Shown: positions 1 through 10,285 of the stretch, piece by piece
Position numbering within the stretch: position 1 is the stretch's first letter
How the letters are laid out: each line of letters begins with the position of its first letter
IMG/VR virus record: IMGVR_UViG_3300045988_125206
Reading direction: 5' to 3' (one strand)
Source: a virus
DNA: 64,000 nt
The notes under the pieces: generated by a model
Database searches by the model: none
The model's input: the letters and a program-made list of their open reading frames with translations, nothing else
What the model was told of the DNA's origin: nothing
Position numbers and translations under genes: made by a program

Positions 1-524
1 GTAATTCGTTTCTTCTTATCACAAGTTTCCCAAATATACCAACCCATACAAATCTTACGATCAATCATTGTATCAAATGCTCCACCTTTAATAAGTGAAA
101 TCATCGCTTGTTTATTTGGATGTACTTTTAATAAAAAGTCTTTAGGTGAAACATAAGGTCTATTTTTAATAATATCATCAATTACTGCATCACTGACATT
201 CAATAAACCTTTCATTCCATAAAGAATCTGATTATTTTTAGCATCAGGCTTAAATCCATAATCTGAATTATTTATATCAACAAGACTCATTTTAATTCCT
301 GCTGATATAATTTCACCCATCGCTTTTGCAATTTTTCCATAATCAGTTGAAGCTGTTTTCTTTACAGAGATAGATTCAGATTCATCATCCTCTTCAATCT
401 CTAAATTACTATTATCTTCAAGTGAACCACTATTTACAATTAAACATGCACAATCCCAATAAATAGGATTCCAATTTGTTGCGATATATAATGTTTGAAC
501 ACCAATGAAACTATAAGCTAAAGC
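1..524 (-). CDS. dnaE: DNA polymerase III alpha (DnaE-type), C-terminal part (exon 2); 3' end lies beyond the window start
   Basis: Minus-strand translation reads HALAYSFIGVQTLYIATNWNPIYWD...IKMSLVDINNSDYGF...ILYGMKGL...PKDFLLKV...ISLIKGGAFD. This matches the DnaE [33 protein letters not shown] and LIxAGAFD regions. There is no in-frame ATG after the upstream stop at 546-548, so it must be joined to the 1753..4290 ORF by splicing. Confidence 0.6.
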
Positions 525-534
525 GTGTATACAT

Positions 535-1765
535 AATTTTTTAAATTACTGACTATTTTTTACGGATGTTGTAGTGAGGTTTTGGCATACCCCTTATCCG
601 CACACTATTTCCCAGAACGTATCAATAGTTCCAGTACTCCCGGTCTAACCCAGGATAGTCGATACAACATTTTTCTTTTAATAGATTTATTTATTATCTC
701 TAAGAGGGTATTTATATTTTTCTTTTTTATGAGAGCGACCAGAGTTAATATTTTTAACTGTAGCGTAACTTTTATTCCATTTTTTAGCAATATCTTTTAA
801 TGACAATTCTGTTTCTAAGATATCTTTTATAATACCTTGAACCCAAATTTCATTTTTAGCTTTATTACTTCCTTTATCACAAAGCGGATATGTATCTTGA
901 TTACTATAAAAATATTTTCCAGTATTTATCATAGATAAAAATCCTGCGGATTTAATATTAAAATCTTCTTGAATGGATTTATATTTCTCTCCACTTTTAA
1001 TTCTATCTTTTATTTCTCGAATTTCTTTTTGAGAAAAACGACTTCTGGAATTTTTCTTTAAAGGATAATCAAATTTTTCATTAAAATAATTTGTCCCAGT
1101 ATTTATATTGACTAAAAATGTTCGTTTTAATTTAGGATAATAAATTTTTTCAATATCATCATATTCTTCATCATTCATTAAACGATTTTGAATATCAATA
1201 ATCTCTTCTTTTTTAAATAACTTAGATAGATTCAATTTCTCTTCATAAGTTAAGGGTTGCCTTTTATATCCTTGACCACCGAGAGAAATATTATATCCAT
1301 TTTCATCTTTTAAAGAATGATAATATTGAATGAAATAAATTTCTCTTTCATCAATATAATCTTGAGACTCTCCATCTGATATTTCTTCGAGAATATCAAA
1401 ATTAAAATTATCCCAACCATATTTTCTTATTGCAGAATGAAATGGTAAATTATATCCAGAACTTTTTTCATTAAAAGAATCACTTCTATGACCATTTTTC
1501 CGTTTTTGAATATTATTAGTTTGCCCAATATAAATCTTACCATTTGTTTTATTTGTGAATTTATAAATATAATGCATAAATATTCTCCTTTATACATGGC
1601 TATTGTTCTCATGTATAAGTGAAAAATACTATACCTCTATTAAAGAAATTTGTCACGAGATTTTACCCTCGTTAGCAATTAAAACTATATTTGCCAAATA
1701 TATTAATGTTTTAATTACCCCACCGATAAGTGGTTAAGTGTGTAAGCGCCATTTACACAACGCTA
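535..1765 (-). mobile_element. Putative group I intron with GIY-YIG homing endonuclease ORF, interrupting dnaE (approximate boundaries)
   Basis: A 1.2-kb insertion lies between the DnaE N-terminal ORF (ends ...GVGPQMGYSFSVV*) and the C-terminal exon that begins at the FNKSHA motif. The flanks (540-686, 1578-1752) are GC-richer than the genome and contain an HE ORF. Confidence 0.55.
687..1577 (-). CDS. GIY-YIG homing endonuclease
   Basis: N-terminal YIYKFTNKTNGKIYIGQTNN...RKNGH matches the GIY-YIG motif. The C-terminal part is basic and DNA-binding-like. Confidence 0.85.
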   Translation of the reverse strand: MHYIYKFTNKTNGKIYIGQTNNIQKRKNGHRSDSFNEKSSGYNLPFHSAIRKYGWDNFNFDILEEISDGESQDYIDEREIYFIQYYHSLKDENGYNISLGGQGYKRQPLTYEEKLNLSKLFKKEEIIDIQNRLMNDEEYDDIEKIYYPKLKRTFLVNINTGTNYFNEKFDYPLKKNSRSRFSQKEIREIKDRIKSGEKYKSIQEDFNIKSAGFLSMINTGKYFYSNQDTYPLCDKGSNKAKNEIWVQGIIKDILETELSLKDIAKKWNKSYATVKNINSGRSHKKEKYKYPLRDNK

Positions 1766-4290
1766 AAAGAATAACCCATCTGCGGGCCAACTCCACATTT
1801 CCATACATATTGTCCAAGCTTCTCACTTGCCGCCTGTGCCAATACTTTTTCATGTAAAGCTGGAATTTTATTCATTTGTTTTTTACCAACAATCTTACGA
1901 GCCGCATTTGCTTCTCCAAGACTGAAGTGACAAATCTTATCATCCATTAACATTCTCATTAACTGCTCCTGTGAAGGCGGAACTCCATAAGAACTCTTAA
2001 AGTAAGGTTCAAGAGTTTTCTGCTCTTCTTTGGTAAGACCAAATTTTGTCATTTCATCATACCATAGTTGAATGTTTTGTTTAAAACGATAATATTTATC
2101 CATCGGGCGTTCTTCTCCATCTTCGCCCATAAGTCTCATTAGACCATTCGCATCCGCCATTTCCAATACATTCTGAGGTTTTAATTTCTTTGCAACCTGC
2201 GCACCAACCTGAGAATCAAACTGAAAAGTATTAATAACAGATACTTTACCTAATGCATCCCAAATCCTCTGATCATTTAAAGGTAAAACATTAGGATGAA
2301 AATATTTATCATAGACTTCCCGCAAACTCAAATCTGGTTCAATTTCATTATCCTCTTGGAGTAGCTGAATAGTTTGAACCAATTTATCCTGGACTTCAGT
2401 TACAAGGAAATCATATTTTGTTAATCCCATATACTCTGCATCATGTAAATCAAACTGAGTAGTAATCTCACCTTTTGGAGTTTTCATAAAAGCACTATGC
2501 TCAAATGGGTCATCTCCAAATAAAATTACACCAGATGCATGAGAACCTCTATGGTTTACAAGACCTTCAATAGCTACAATAATATCCAATAAACCTGGAT
2601 ACTTATTTACTTCATTAACAAATGTTTTAACAGGCTTACGACCTTTTTCTGGATTTCCATAAACAACTTCTTTAATTGTCCATAAAAATCCTCTTTCTTC
2701 TGGAATTAATGAACTCATATACTGAGCTTCATCAACATCAATTCCCTCTGGATAATCTTCACTTCTATAACCTCTACAAGCCGTTTGAATTGCAGACTTA
2801 GTTCCTTCTGTACCAAAAGTTGCTACAAGAGTACATCCAAGGTTTTTCTTTGCCCATTCCATGACACTATCATAAAACATCTTTCCACGCTCTTCTTTAA
2901 TTTTACGAAGAATTTCTGGACGTTTAGATGGGCATATATCAATATCAATATCACCAAGTTCAATTCTCTCTTCGTTAAGATAACGGAAGAAAGGTAAATC
3001 CCACTCAATTGGATCCAGCTGAGTAATTCCCATAAGGTAATGATTAAGTGCGGCGCAACTGGAACCACGACCAGCACCTACCATTGAACCGCAATCCCAA
3101 ATCATATCAATATAATGCTGAAGTGTATTTGGATAACGGAACATATTTGTTTCAAGTTTTTCACTAATGATACTTTTAACTCGTGCTTCTTCTTCAAGTT
3201 CATCAAGATAACGTCTATCATTAATTTTTTCAAGTTTTTCAAGCTGATTTAAACATTCATTTACCCAATAACGATTCTGAATATCATCATCCATTAACAT
3301 TGCAGATAAATGTGGATACTGCCTAAATCCTCTTGTTTTTGGATAATCTTTAACTTCTACAGATGGAATATCCTGCTTATGAAAAAGACTGTAATATTCA
3401 ATTTTATTCTGTAAATCTAAAGTGTTTTCAAAAATTACATCTACATATCCATCTGGAAAACATGGAGACAATAATTCTTCTACTTCATCGCTATCCATAA
3501 GTCTGGCAAATTCATAAAAGTCATCAACCTCACGCTCTCCACCTTTTGAATTAAGATATGCTTTATGAACCATTCTATCTTCTTTTGTTAAATAATGAGA
3601 GTCAGTTCCAACAACCATCTTAACATTATATGCAGTTGCAATTTTAAACAACTGAGAATTTACAGTCATTTGATCTTCTTTATTAGATGGAGCGCATTCA
3701 ATATAGAAATCATCTCCAAATAAATCAAGTACAAAATTCATAAAATCTTGAATTTTTTTCTGAAATTCCATTGCCATCTTTTGGTCATTTACTTTTAATG
3801 CTTCTGCATATAATAAAGACCATGAAGATAATTCTCCTCCAATACATGCACTGGTCGCAATTAAATGACCTTTATAATGTTTTACAATCTCAGTTAATTC
3901 ATCTTTTAAAGTTGGAACTCTTTCCATACCTCTATCCATATATGAATAATACCAAGCTGTAGAACTTAACTCTCTTAATGCTTTATGACCGATTGCATCT
4001 TTAGCAATCAAAATAAAGTGATAATATTTCTGACCATGATTTCTTGTATCAGTTAAATAAATCTCATTTCCTAATCCAATCACAAAATCAGGATTTGTTT
4101 CTCTTAATTCTGTCGCAATTTTATTTATTTCAACGTGCGCACAAAGGGCTTCATGGTCAGTTATACAGATACCACTAAGTCCTAATTCGATTGCTTTATT
4201 GATTAAATCTTTTGGGTGATTGGTTGAATCCAAAAGACGTAAGTTTGAATACTCTGTATGGTTATGACAATTAAACCACTTTTTGCTCAT
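1753..4290 (-). CDS. dnaE: DNA polymerase III alpha (DnaE-type), N-terminal part (PHP domain plus polymerase core); exon 1
   Basis: PHP motif NCHNHTEYSNLRLLDS. Polymerase core GRGSSCAALNHYLMGITQLDP...FFRYLNEER. Ends GYSF just before the expected NKSHA motif. Confidence 0.9.
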   Translation of the reverse strand: MSKKWFNCHNHTEYSNLRLLDSTNHPKDLINKAIELGLSGICITDHEALCAHVEINKIATELRETNPDFVIGLGNEIYLTDTRNHGQKYYHFILIAKDAIGHKALRELSSTAWYYSYMDRGMERVPTLKDELTEIVKHYKGHLIATSACIGGELSSWSLLYAEALKVNDQKMAMEFQKKIQDFMNFVLDLFGDDFYIECAPSNKEDQMTVNSQLFKIATAYNVKMVVGTDSHYLTKEDRMVHKAYLNSKGGEREVDDFYEFARLMDSDEVEELLSPCFPDGYVDVIFENTLDLQNKIEYYSLFHKQDIPSVEVKDYPKTRGFRQYPHLSAMLMDDDIQNRYWVNECLNQLEKLEKINDRRYLDELEEEARVKSIISEKLETNMFRYPNTLQHYIDMIWDCGSMVGAGRGSSCAALNHYLMGITQLDPIEWDLPFFRYLNEERIELGDIDIDICPSKRPEILRKIKEERGKMFYDSVMEWAKKNLGCTLVATFGTEGTKSAIQTACRGYRSEDYPEGIDVDEAQYMSSLIPEERGFLWTIKEVVYGNPEKGRKPVKTFVNEVNKYPGLLDIIVAIEGLVNHRGSHASGVILFGDDPFEHSAFMKTPKGEITTQFDLHDAEYMGLTKYDFLVTEVQDKLVQTIQLLQEDNEIEPDLSLREVYDKYFHPNVLPLNDQRIWDALGKVSVINTFQFDSQVGAQVAKKLKPQNVLEMADANGLMRLMGEDGEERPMDKYYRFKQNIQLWYDEMTKFGLTKEEQKTLEPYFKSSYGVPPSQEQLMRMLMDDKICHFSLGEANAARKIVGKKQMNKIPALHEKVLAQAASEKLGQYVWKCGVGPQMGYSFSVV

Positions 4291-4338
4291 TTATTATCTT
4301 CCTCTATCTATACTATTCTCAATTATATAAATATTATA

Positions 4339-4980
4339 TCATATTTTTTCAATACTGTCAAAAGGATATTCTTTTCCTGTGATTTCACTACAGATAGTAT
4401 TCCATGAATAAAACAATGGCTGATAAACTGGCGGAATCCATTCAAAAGAAGAACAAATAATTAAAACATCTGGAGCATTTTTGTCATCTTCTAAATTGAA
4501 GTCTTTTAAAATATAATCTTTTGTAACATATCTTGCGGCTTCGTTTGGATAAGGGTCAGAATTTTCATTGTGAATCCAATAAAAGGTATCAACCAGTTTC
4601 TTATCTCTTGCATACTTAACCCAATTGCTCAAATCATATTTAAACATTGGGCGCATCCAATCCGCAGACTCCATGTCATATCCTAAGTCATGATGATGGT
4701 CAATATTATATAAATCAATTTGTTTATCATGAGGAATTGTTTTAAGAATATCAATCACTTTATCATGGCTATTCACAAAATAAATTTCTTGATTTTGCTT
4801 TGCCGCACGTACAATATAGCGAGTTAGATAATCATAAATATATAAATTGGCGGGGATATTTGTAAGAAATGAAAATTTATCTACATAATCTTTCATTGGG
4901 TCTTCAATATCCACCATATTATTATAAAAACTAATACTTGGTTCCATAATAATATCAAAATCTATTGTAACTACATTCAT
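4339..4980 (-). CDS. hypothetical protein
   Basis: 213-aa ORF immediately downstream of dnaE. No recognisable motif. Confidence 0.45.
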   Translation of the reverse strand: MNVVTIDFDIIMEPSISFYNNMVDIEDPMKDYVDKFSFLTNIPANLYIYDYLTRYIVRAAKQNQEIYFVNSHDKVIDILKTIPHDKQIDLYNIDHHHDLGYDMESADWMRPMFKYDLSNWVKYARDKKLVDTFYWIHNENSDPYPNEAARYVTKDYILKDFNLEDDKNAPDVLIICSSFEWIPPVYQPLFYSWNTICSEITGKEYPFDSIEKI

Positions 4981-4981
4981 A

Positions 4982-6163
4982 TTATTTTCTCCTTACAATT
5001 ACTTTTTCAGATGCCCTGGTTATCGCAGTATAAAGCCATCTTGCATGCTCTAATCTTACTCTTGGATAAGCTTCTTCAAGAACTAAAACCTTATCCCATT
5101 CGGAACCTTGAGACTTATGTCCAGTAATACCATATCCATAAGTAAAACATTTTGGAACTAAATCTCCAACTCTTTCACGATATTTACCTATTTTATATAT
5201 ATCTCTATCATCAAGACATCTTGTTCCATGAGTAAGCATAGTTTTATCTAAGTATAAATCTTTATATAAATCACCTGACTCAGTTTCTATGTCACACTGA
5301 ATTGCTTGTACTGATGGAACTGAAGCTCTAATCCAATATGGGAAATAAACAAATTTATTTGTAGGGTTTTTAAGATAACCAATAGTTCCATTAACTAAAG
5401 CGTTATGATTATCACTAATATCATCCCAGTAATTTTGTCTACAAAGAATCTTATCTCCATCTTCTGGAAGTGGGCCTCTTCCTAATAAATTTCTTGCATA
5501 AGTATTAATTTCTTCAACTGCGGCATTGGTTCCACAAATAATCTGGTCAGCCCAAAGAACCATACCAGCTTCATAATCTTTCTGATCAATTACCTGAACA
5601 TTTTCTCCTTTAAATAATTCTAAAGGTTTCATCTCTCGAATGTCAATACTAAGTCTAATAATTTCAGAATCTGCGGCTTGCCGCATAATTTCATCCAAAA
5701 AGATATGTGGATGTTCAAGTAAATGATTGTCTTTATCTTTTTCTATTGGAGGAATCTGGAATGGGTCACCCAAGCAAATAACATATACTTTATGCTTAAA
5801 AAGCTGCTGCATCATATCTACTGGAACCATTGAAATCTCATCTACTACAATAATACTATATTCAATAGTAGTTTTTGGTTTTCTAAAAAAGCCTCCGCCT
5901 GGTCTTGGAATATGCTCATAAAGTAATTTATGCAAAGTACAAGCATTTTTATTTCCCTTTTTACGAAGAACCTCAGCAGCCTTACCAGTAAAAGCCGCAT
6001 ATGCAACTTTACTGGGTTCGACATCAAGAGCCTCGATGATGAACTTTACAAGGGTGGACTTACCAGTACCTGCGTACCCAGCTATTACGGTATATTTCTC
6101 ATTATTATGAAATCTTTCAACTGCAATTTTTAATCCTTCTTCTTGTTTTTTAGTTAATTCCAT
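4982..6163 (-). CDS. Dda/RecD-like SF1 DNA helicase
   Basis: Walker A GYAGTGKST. Walker B VIVVDEISMV. C-terminal HKSQGSEWDKVLV is typical of AAA_30/UvrD_C_2 helicases. Confidence 0.85.
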   Translation of the reverse strand: MELTKKQEEGLKIAVERFHNNEKYTVIAGYAGTGKSTLVKFIIEALDVEPSKVAYAAFTGKAAEVLRKKGNKNACTLHKLLYEHIPRPGGGFFRKPKTTIEYSIIVVDEISMVPVDMMQQLFKHKVYVICLGDPFQIPPIEKDKDNHLLEHPHIFLDEIMRQAADSEIIRLSIDIREMKPLELFKGENVQVIDQKDYEAGMVLWADQIICGTNAAVEEINTYARNLLGRGPLPEDGDKILCRQNYWDDISDNHNALVNGTIGYLKNPTNKFVYFPYWIRASVPSVQAIQCDIETESGDLYKDLYLDKTMLTHGTRCLDDRDIYKIGKYRERVGDLVPKCFTYGYGITGHKSQGSEWDKVLVLEEAYPRVRLEHARWLYTAITRASEKVIVRRK

Positions 6164-6375
6164 TTATTTCATTACTCTCTTTCATATACATTAATCTAAC
6201 CATTTGCCGCTTAAACGGTGTTGGGATTCTATGATAATGCCAATATAAGCATACTCGCTCTTTTTTAAATCCCATTATCTTAAAATTTCCATTCCATAAA
6301 TATGAACTTTTCATATATGTTTTCATGGAAATTGAAAATATATCACTCTTAGTTAATTTAAAAACTCTAACTGAA

Positions 6376-6684
6376 TTATTTTTTGTTGGATCGAAGTGGG
6401 TGGTCTTCTGCATGGGCTTCTAATATCTCCTCTAATACTCCATAAAAATGCATACACTGACCATCTTCCCAATGTTTACGGGAAAAATGTCTGCCTTCTT
6501 TTAATGCTTCTTTTTCTTTATATTCACCAAGTTCTTTGATAGCCATAGCATATCGAAAATATAAGCTATCAAAAGCAAAATTAAGTCTTTCAAGTAAAAT
6601 TTTATTTAACTGGTCTCTATTAATTACTGTTACATCTAATTTATTTTTTAACTCTTCAACTTCTCTTGTCATAATATATACCAT
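6376..6684 (-). CDS. hypothetical protein
   Basis: 102-aa ORF downstream of a consensus promoter. Confidence 0.4.
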   Translation of the reverse strand: MVYIMTREVEELKNKLDVTVINRDQLNKILLERLNFAFDSLYFRYAMAIKELGEYKEKEALKEGRHFSRKHWEDGQCMHFYGVLEEILEAHAEDHPLRSNKK

Positions 6685-6712
6685 TCCTTTTTATTATATA
6701 AATATTATACCA

Positions 6713-6732
6713 TTTTTTAAGTAAAAAATCAA
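6713..6732 (-). promoter_or_regulatory. consensus promoter copy (TTGATT-17-TGgTATAAT)
   Basis: Minus strand reads TTGATTttttacttaaaaaatggTATAAT, upstream of ORF 6376..6684. Confidence 0.65.
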
Positions 6733-6774
6733 TATAAGGCATTTTTGGTGAAAAATTTCTAAGACCACTTTTTG

Positions 6775-6840
6775 TTTTGGATTACGGTTGTTAGGACCCA
6801 TCACCGCCGGAAGACCTGCTATTCTCGCATATGGGTACAA
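6775..6840. other. conserved GC-rich element, copy 1 (TTTTGGATT ... GCCGGAAG ... CTGCTA ... CATATGGGTACAAAAA)
   Basis: It shares ordered sequence blocks with 51431-51505 about 44 kb away. Each copy sits between a terminator hairpin and the next consensus promoter. Confidence 0.5.
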
Positions 6841-6841
6841 A

Positions 6842-6868
6842 AATATGGCGTACATTATATACGCCATA
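6842..6868 (-). terminator. rho-independent terminator hairpin after the recJ-like gene
   Basis: ATGGCGTA-cattata-TACGCCAT, followed on the minus strand by ATTTTTGT. Confidence 0.6.
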
Positions 6869-6873
6869 TAATT

Positions 6874-8706
6874 TTAAAAATAATATTTAGTCTCTCCTGT
6901 AATTTCATAATCACTAACTTTAATCTGAGGAGTTATACGACCATTCCATTCATTAATTGCACAAGTTCCTATAACTGTAATATTTTTACTGCCAGTAGCA
7001 TTAGTAGGAAGTAATGAATCAAATTCTTCATCAGTAATTCTAAACTTAATTAAGCTTGTTCCATTAGGTAAAGTGATTTTAAATGAAGGACACCTACCGC
7101 CTTTTCCCATATAAGATAAATTATCTTTTGTTACTTTGATATTTTTAATTACGACAATTGGTTCCGCAAGCTCTTGTCCCCAAATAGTATTTAATTCAGC
7201 TAAATCAATAATATCATTCGCTTTAAAGTCATTTGCATCCCAGATAAAATCAACCTTCTGACATGGAGTAAATGAACATTCTTTTAAAGCTTCATTTGAA
7301 TATTGAATAAAATCACTAAACTTATCTTCTGGAATAGCTGCACCAAATGCATTGGGATGACCTTCTGCAAGACTGGCATAACCACTATCTCGAATAAATG
7401 TTCTTAAATCATTAAAATTAGAAGTTTCATAACTTCTACCAGAACCTTCTAAACTAATACTACCATCTTCTTGTGGATGCTCCATAAGAATAAGAAATGG
7501 ATGATTATATTTAGCCATTAACTGGTTTGCAATAAGTCCAGTTAAGTTTTTATTTATTGCTCCAGCAGCAAGCTTAACTGCAATAATTTTATTTTCTTCA
7601 AGAGATTTATCCTTTATAATTCCTTCAATTGTTTGAAGACTTGCGTCAATAGCTTTAGATTGATTACGTTTAATATTTGTGCAATTGCGACAAGCCTGCT
7701 CTACACGAGTTTCAAACTGACCTTTACATCCTCTTTTAGTAGAAGGAATTTGATCATAAGCTTTAAAGTCTAACATAGACTCAAAAAGCATAAGTTTCTC
7801 ATTTGCAGAACCCATACGAATAGTTCCATTTACTTGCGGCGCAATATAGAAGCTAACTGCAAATGGACATAGCCCTCCTGCTCTACCAATGGAATAATCT
7901 TGCACTTTTACCATTTCCTTAAAGAATGGATTTTCAACAGATGCCAAACCAAGATTAATAATTTCTCTTGTTTCAAAATCTCGAATATCCATCATATCTG
8001 CAATGATTCCAAGTGCCGCTAAATCAAGATAATAATTTGCCCAATCTGTACCCATAATTAAATCAAAATAAGAACAAAATTTATAAACCATACCTACACC
8101 AGATAAAGACTTGGTTGGATAATCACATAATTGATTATTTATCACACACGCATCTTCTGAAACTTTTTCAGCTTCATGATGGTCAATAACCAATACATCA
8201 ATTCCAAGTTCTTTAAGCTTTTTATGTACTTCATAATTATTACTTGATGAATCTGGTGCAATGATTAATTTATAATCTTCATTTACAAAATCTGGAATAA
8301 ACTCTTCATAAAGTCCATGCTGTTTACCAGAATGTAATCCATATGAAATTTTTGTTTGAGTGTATCCTGGAAATAATCGGTTTAAATAATTAATAAGAAA
8401 TGCCGCAGATGTAAAACCATCACAGTCACTATCTACTTGAATATAAATCTTATCCTGTTGGCTAATATGTCTCGCCAACATTCTTACTCCTTCATCTATA
8501 TTCATAATTAAGCCAGGGTCTAAAATATCTTCTTTAGTTGTATTAAGATAATGAGGAATGTCTTTTGGATCTACTCCTCTTATTGCAAATACCCGCTCTA
8601 CCACTGTATATTCATTTTTAATTGGGAGCAATGGTGTTTTAAGTTGATAATCCATATTTGATTTCAACCTCCTTTCATTTTGCTCATCACACTCCCTTAT
8701 TATCAA
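6874..8706 (-). CDS. RecJ-like DHH-family single-strand DNA exonuclease
   Basis: DHH motifs IQVDSDCDGFTSAAF and LVIDHH. DHHA1-like region GEGSGRS...GHPNAFG. Confidence 0.8.
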   Translation of the reverse strand: MIIRECDEQNERRLKSNMDYQLKTPLLPIKNEYTVVERVFAIRGVDPKDIPHYLNTTKEDILDPGLIMNIDEGVRMLARHISQQDKIYIQVDSDCDGFTSAAFLINYLNRLFPGYTQTKISYGLHSGKQHGLYEEFIPDFVNEDYKLIIAPDSSSNNYEVHKKLKELGIDVLVIDHHEAEKVSEDACVINNQLCDYPTKSLSGVGMVYKFCSYFDLIMGTDWANYYLDLAALGIIADMMDIRDFETREIINLGLASVENPFFKEMVKVQDYSIGRAGGLCPFAVSFYIAPQVNGTIRMGSANEKLMLFESMLDFKAYDQIPSTKRGCKGQFETRVEQACRNCTNIKRNQSKAIDASLQTIEGIIKDKSLEENKIIAVKLAAGAINKNLTGLIANQLMAKYNHPFLILMEHPQEDGSISLEGSGRSYETSNFNDLRTFIRDSGYASLAEGHPNAFGAAIPEDKFSDFIQYSNEALKECSFTPCQKVDFIWDANDFKANDIIDLAELNTIWGQELAEPIVVIKNIKVTKDNLSYMGKGGRCPSFKITLPNGTSLIKFRITDEEFDSLLPTNATGSKNITVIGTCAINEWNGRITPQIKVSDYEITGETKYYF

Positions 8707-8989
8707 AGTTAATTTTATTTACTGAACTAACTTCTTTTCCATATCCAGCTTTTTCTTCAAGGGATTTTTTCATTTCATTTAACATACCTACAAATTCATT
8801 AAATTCCCAATAATCTTGAAAAGTAAAACTAATCATATTTGCATCAATAATATCTAATACTTCCCTATGCGCCCGAGAAAATTTACATCTGGCGCCATAT
8901 CTATCTCCATGGATAGGTACTTCTATACTAAAGCCAGCATAATCTCTTAATGGATATTTATTAGGGTTAAAAGGTTCATCTACTATCAT
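8687..8989 (-). CDS. hypothetical protein
   Basis: 100-aa ORF between the recJ-like gene and the primase. Confidence 0.4.
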   Translation of the reverse strand: MIVDEPFNPNKYPLRDYAGFSIEVPIHGDRYGARCKFSRAHREVLDIIDANMISFTFQDYWEFNEFVGMLNEMKKSLEEKAGYGKEVSSVNKINFDNKGV

Positions 8990-10092
8990 AATAAAATCCT
9001 TTCTTTAAATAATGTAAGAAATTTTTCAGATCCTTCGTCTATTGGACTTGCTTTATATCCAGTAATCATATTCTTATCAAATATAAAACTAATATTTACA
9101 TCATTCTTATATTTATCATTAATTCTTGTAAGATTTCTTGTTAAGTGCTTAAATTCTTTATCTCCAATTTCTTGAAACTGTCTATCAAAAGCAATAATAA
9201 TTTCTTTTGCTCCAGCATCTTTCAATAATTGAATTTGTCTTGCGGACAAGCTTGAACCGCAACAAGCAACTGAAATATTATTATCCCAACCAAAATAGCT
9301 TGCATACATCAATACAGATTTTTCAGATTCAAAAACAATAGCTTTTCCCATTGTTTTAATATTATCTTTACTCCAATTTAAACCATATAAATTCATTCCA
9401 AGAGGATGATTATATAATAATTTATTAACTCGCATGGGCCTATATTTACCATATATTTCAGCCTCATCAGCAATTAAAGTTCTACCTCTTAAACCAATAA
9501 ACCTGCCATTAACATCAAAGTGCGGAATGGTAATTTGGTCTGCTCCTGGATAATAACCTATCTGAGCAAGTTTCATAACTTCAGTAGTTATTCCTTCTTT
9601 TACCCAAGGCATAATAAGAACATTATAATTAAATCGTGTTAAAATATCTGTATTAAATTCTTTTAATTCTATTTTATTTTCTCTTAATTCTATTTCTTTT
9701 ATTTTTTCATAATTCGCTAAAAGTTTCCAATCTTCAATTTTATCGTCAGACTCAGAACCATCTTCATTTTTTCCTGCAATACCGAATCTTCTTGCAACCC
9801 AACGTACCGCATCATTTAAGTCATATTCTTCTGACCATTGAATTTTAGCAACTTTTCTTGTTAATTCAAAAATATCAAAATAACTATCACAACCAGTATA
9901 ACATCTAAACAAGCCTGAATTACTATAATAATATAGTTTACGACTTCCTTCTCCTGGTTCATTATGACATATAGTAGAAGAGAGGATTCCAAAGCCAGTG
10001 TACTCTGGGTCTCCTCCCCACTCCTGCAATAACTCAAATATATTTTCTAATTCTAAGACTTCTCTAATTTCACTCTTATCATAATTAATCAT
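8986..10092 (-). CDS. DNA primase (DnaG-like, zinc-binding)
   Basis: Zinc-finger-like CHNEPGEGSRKLYYYSNSGLFRCYTGC. Toprim-like IIAFDRQFQEIGDKE. Lies between the recJ-like gene and the DnaB helicase. Confidence 0.65.
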   Translation of the reverse strand: MINYDKSEIREVLELENIFELLQEWGGDPEYTGFGILSSTICHNEPGEGSRKLYYYSNSGLFRCYTGCDSYFDIFELTRKVAKIQWSEEYDLNDAVRWVARRFGIAGKNEDGSESDDKIEDWKLLANYEKIKEIELRENKIELKEFNTDILTRFNYNVLIMPWVKEGITTEVMKLAQIGYYPGADQITIPHFDVNGRFIGLRGRTLIADEAEIYGKYRPMRVNKLLYNHPLGMNLYGLNWSKDNIKTMGKAIVFESEKSVLMYASYFGWDNNISVACCGSSLSARQIQLLKDAGAKEIIIAFDRQFQEIGDKEFKHLTRNLTRINDKYKNDVNISFIFDKNMITGYKASPIDEGSEKFLTLFKERILL

Positions 10093-10281
10093 TTACTTTT
10101 CACTTTCTGGCCAAAAGAATGTTAAATCTGTTATTGCGGTCAAATCTACTCCAGTTTGTTCTTTAAATTCTTCCATTGGACCAGTTATTTTATATTCGTC
10201 TGCTGACAGAGTTAATTTTCTGCCAGCAACGAATTTATCCGATCCCATAAGCCGAAGAATTGTTATTTCTTGCTTATCCAT
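10093..10281 (-). CDS. hypothetical protein
   Basis: 62-aa ORF. Confidence 0.3.
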   Translation of the reverse strand: MDKQEITILRLMGSDKFVAGRKLTLSADEYKITGPMEEFKEQTGVDLTAITDLTFFWPESEK

Positions 10282-10285
10282 AGCA

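Noticed and set aside
6150-6413. 87-aa minus-strand ORF bridging the helicase gene start and ORF 6376..6684 (also 24194..24421 between the gyrB-like gene and ORF 23895..24257)
   Set aside because: Both overlap the neighbouring genes at each end in different frames and have no motif. They could be real small genes but are more likely chance ORFs.
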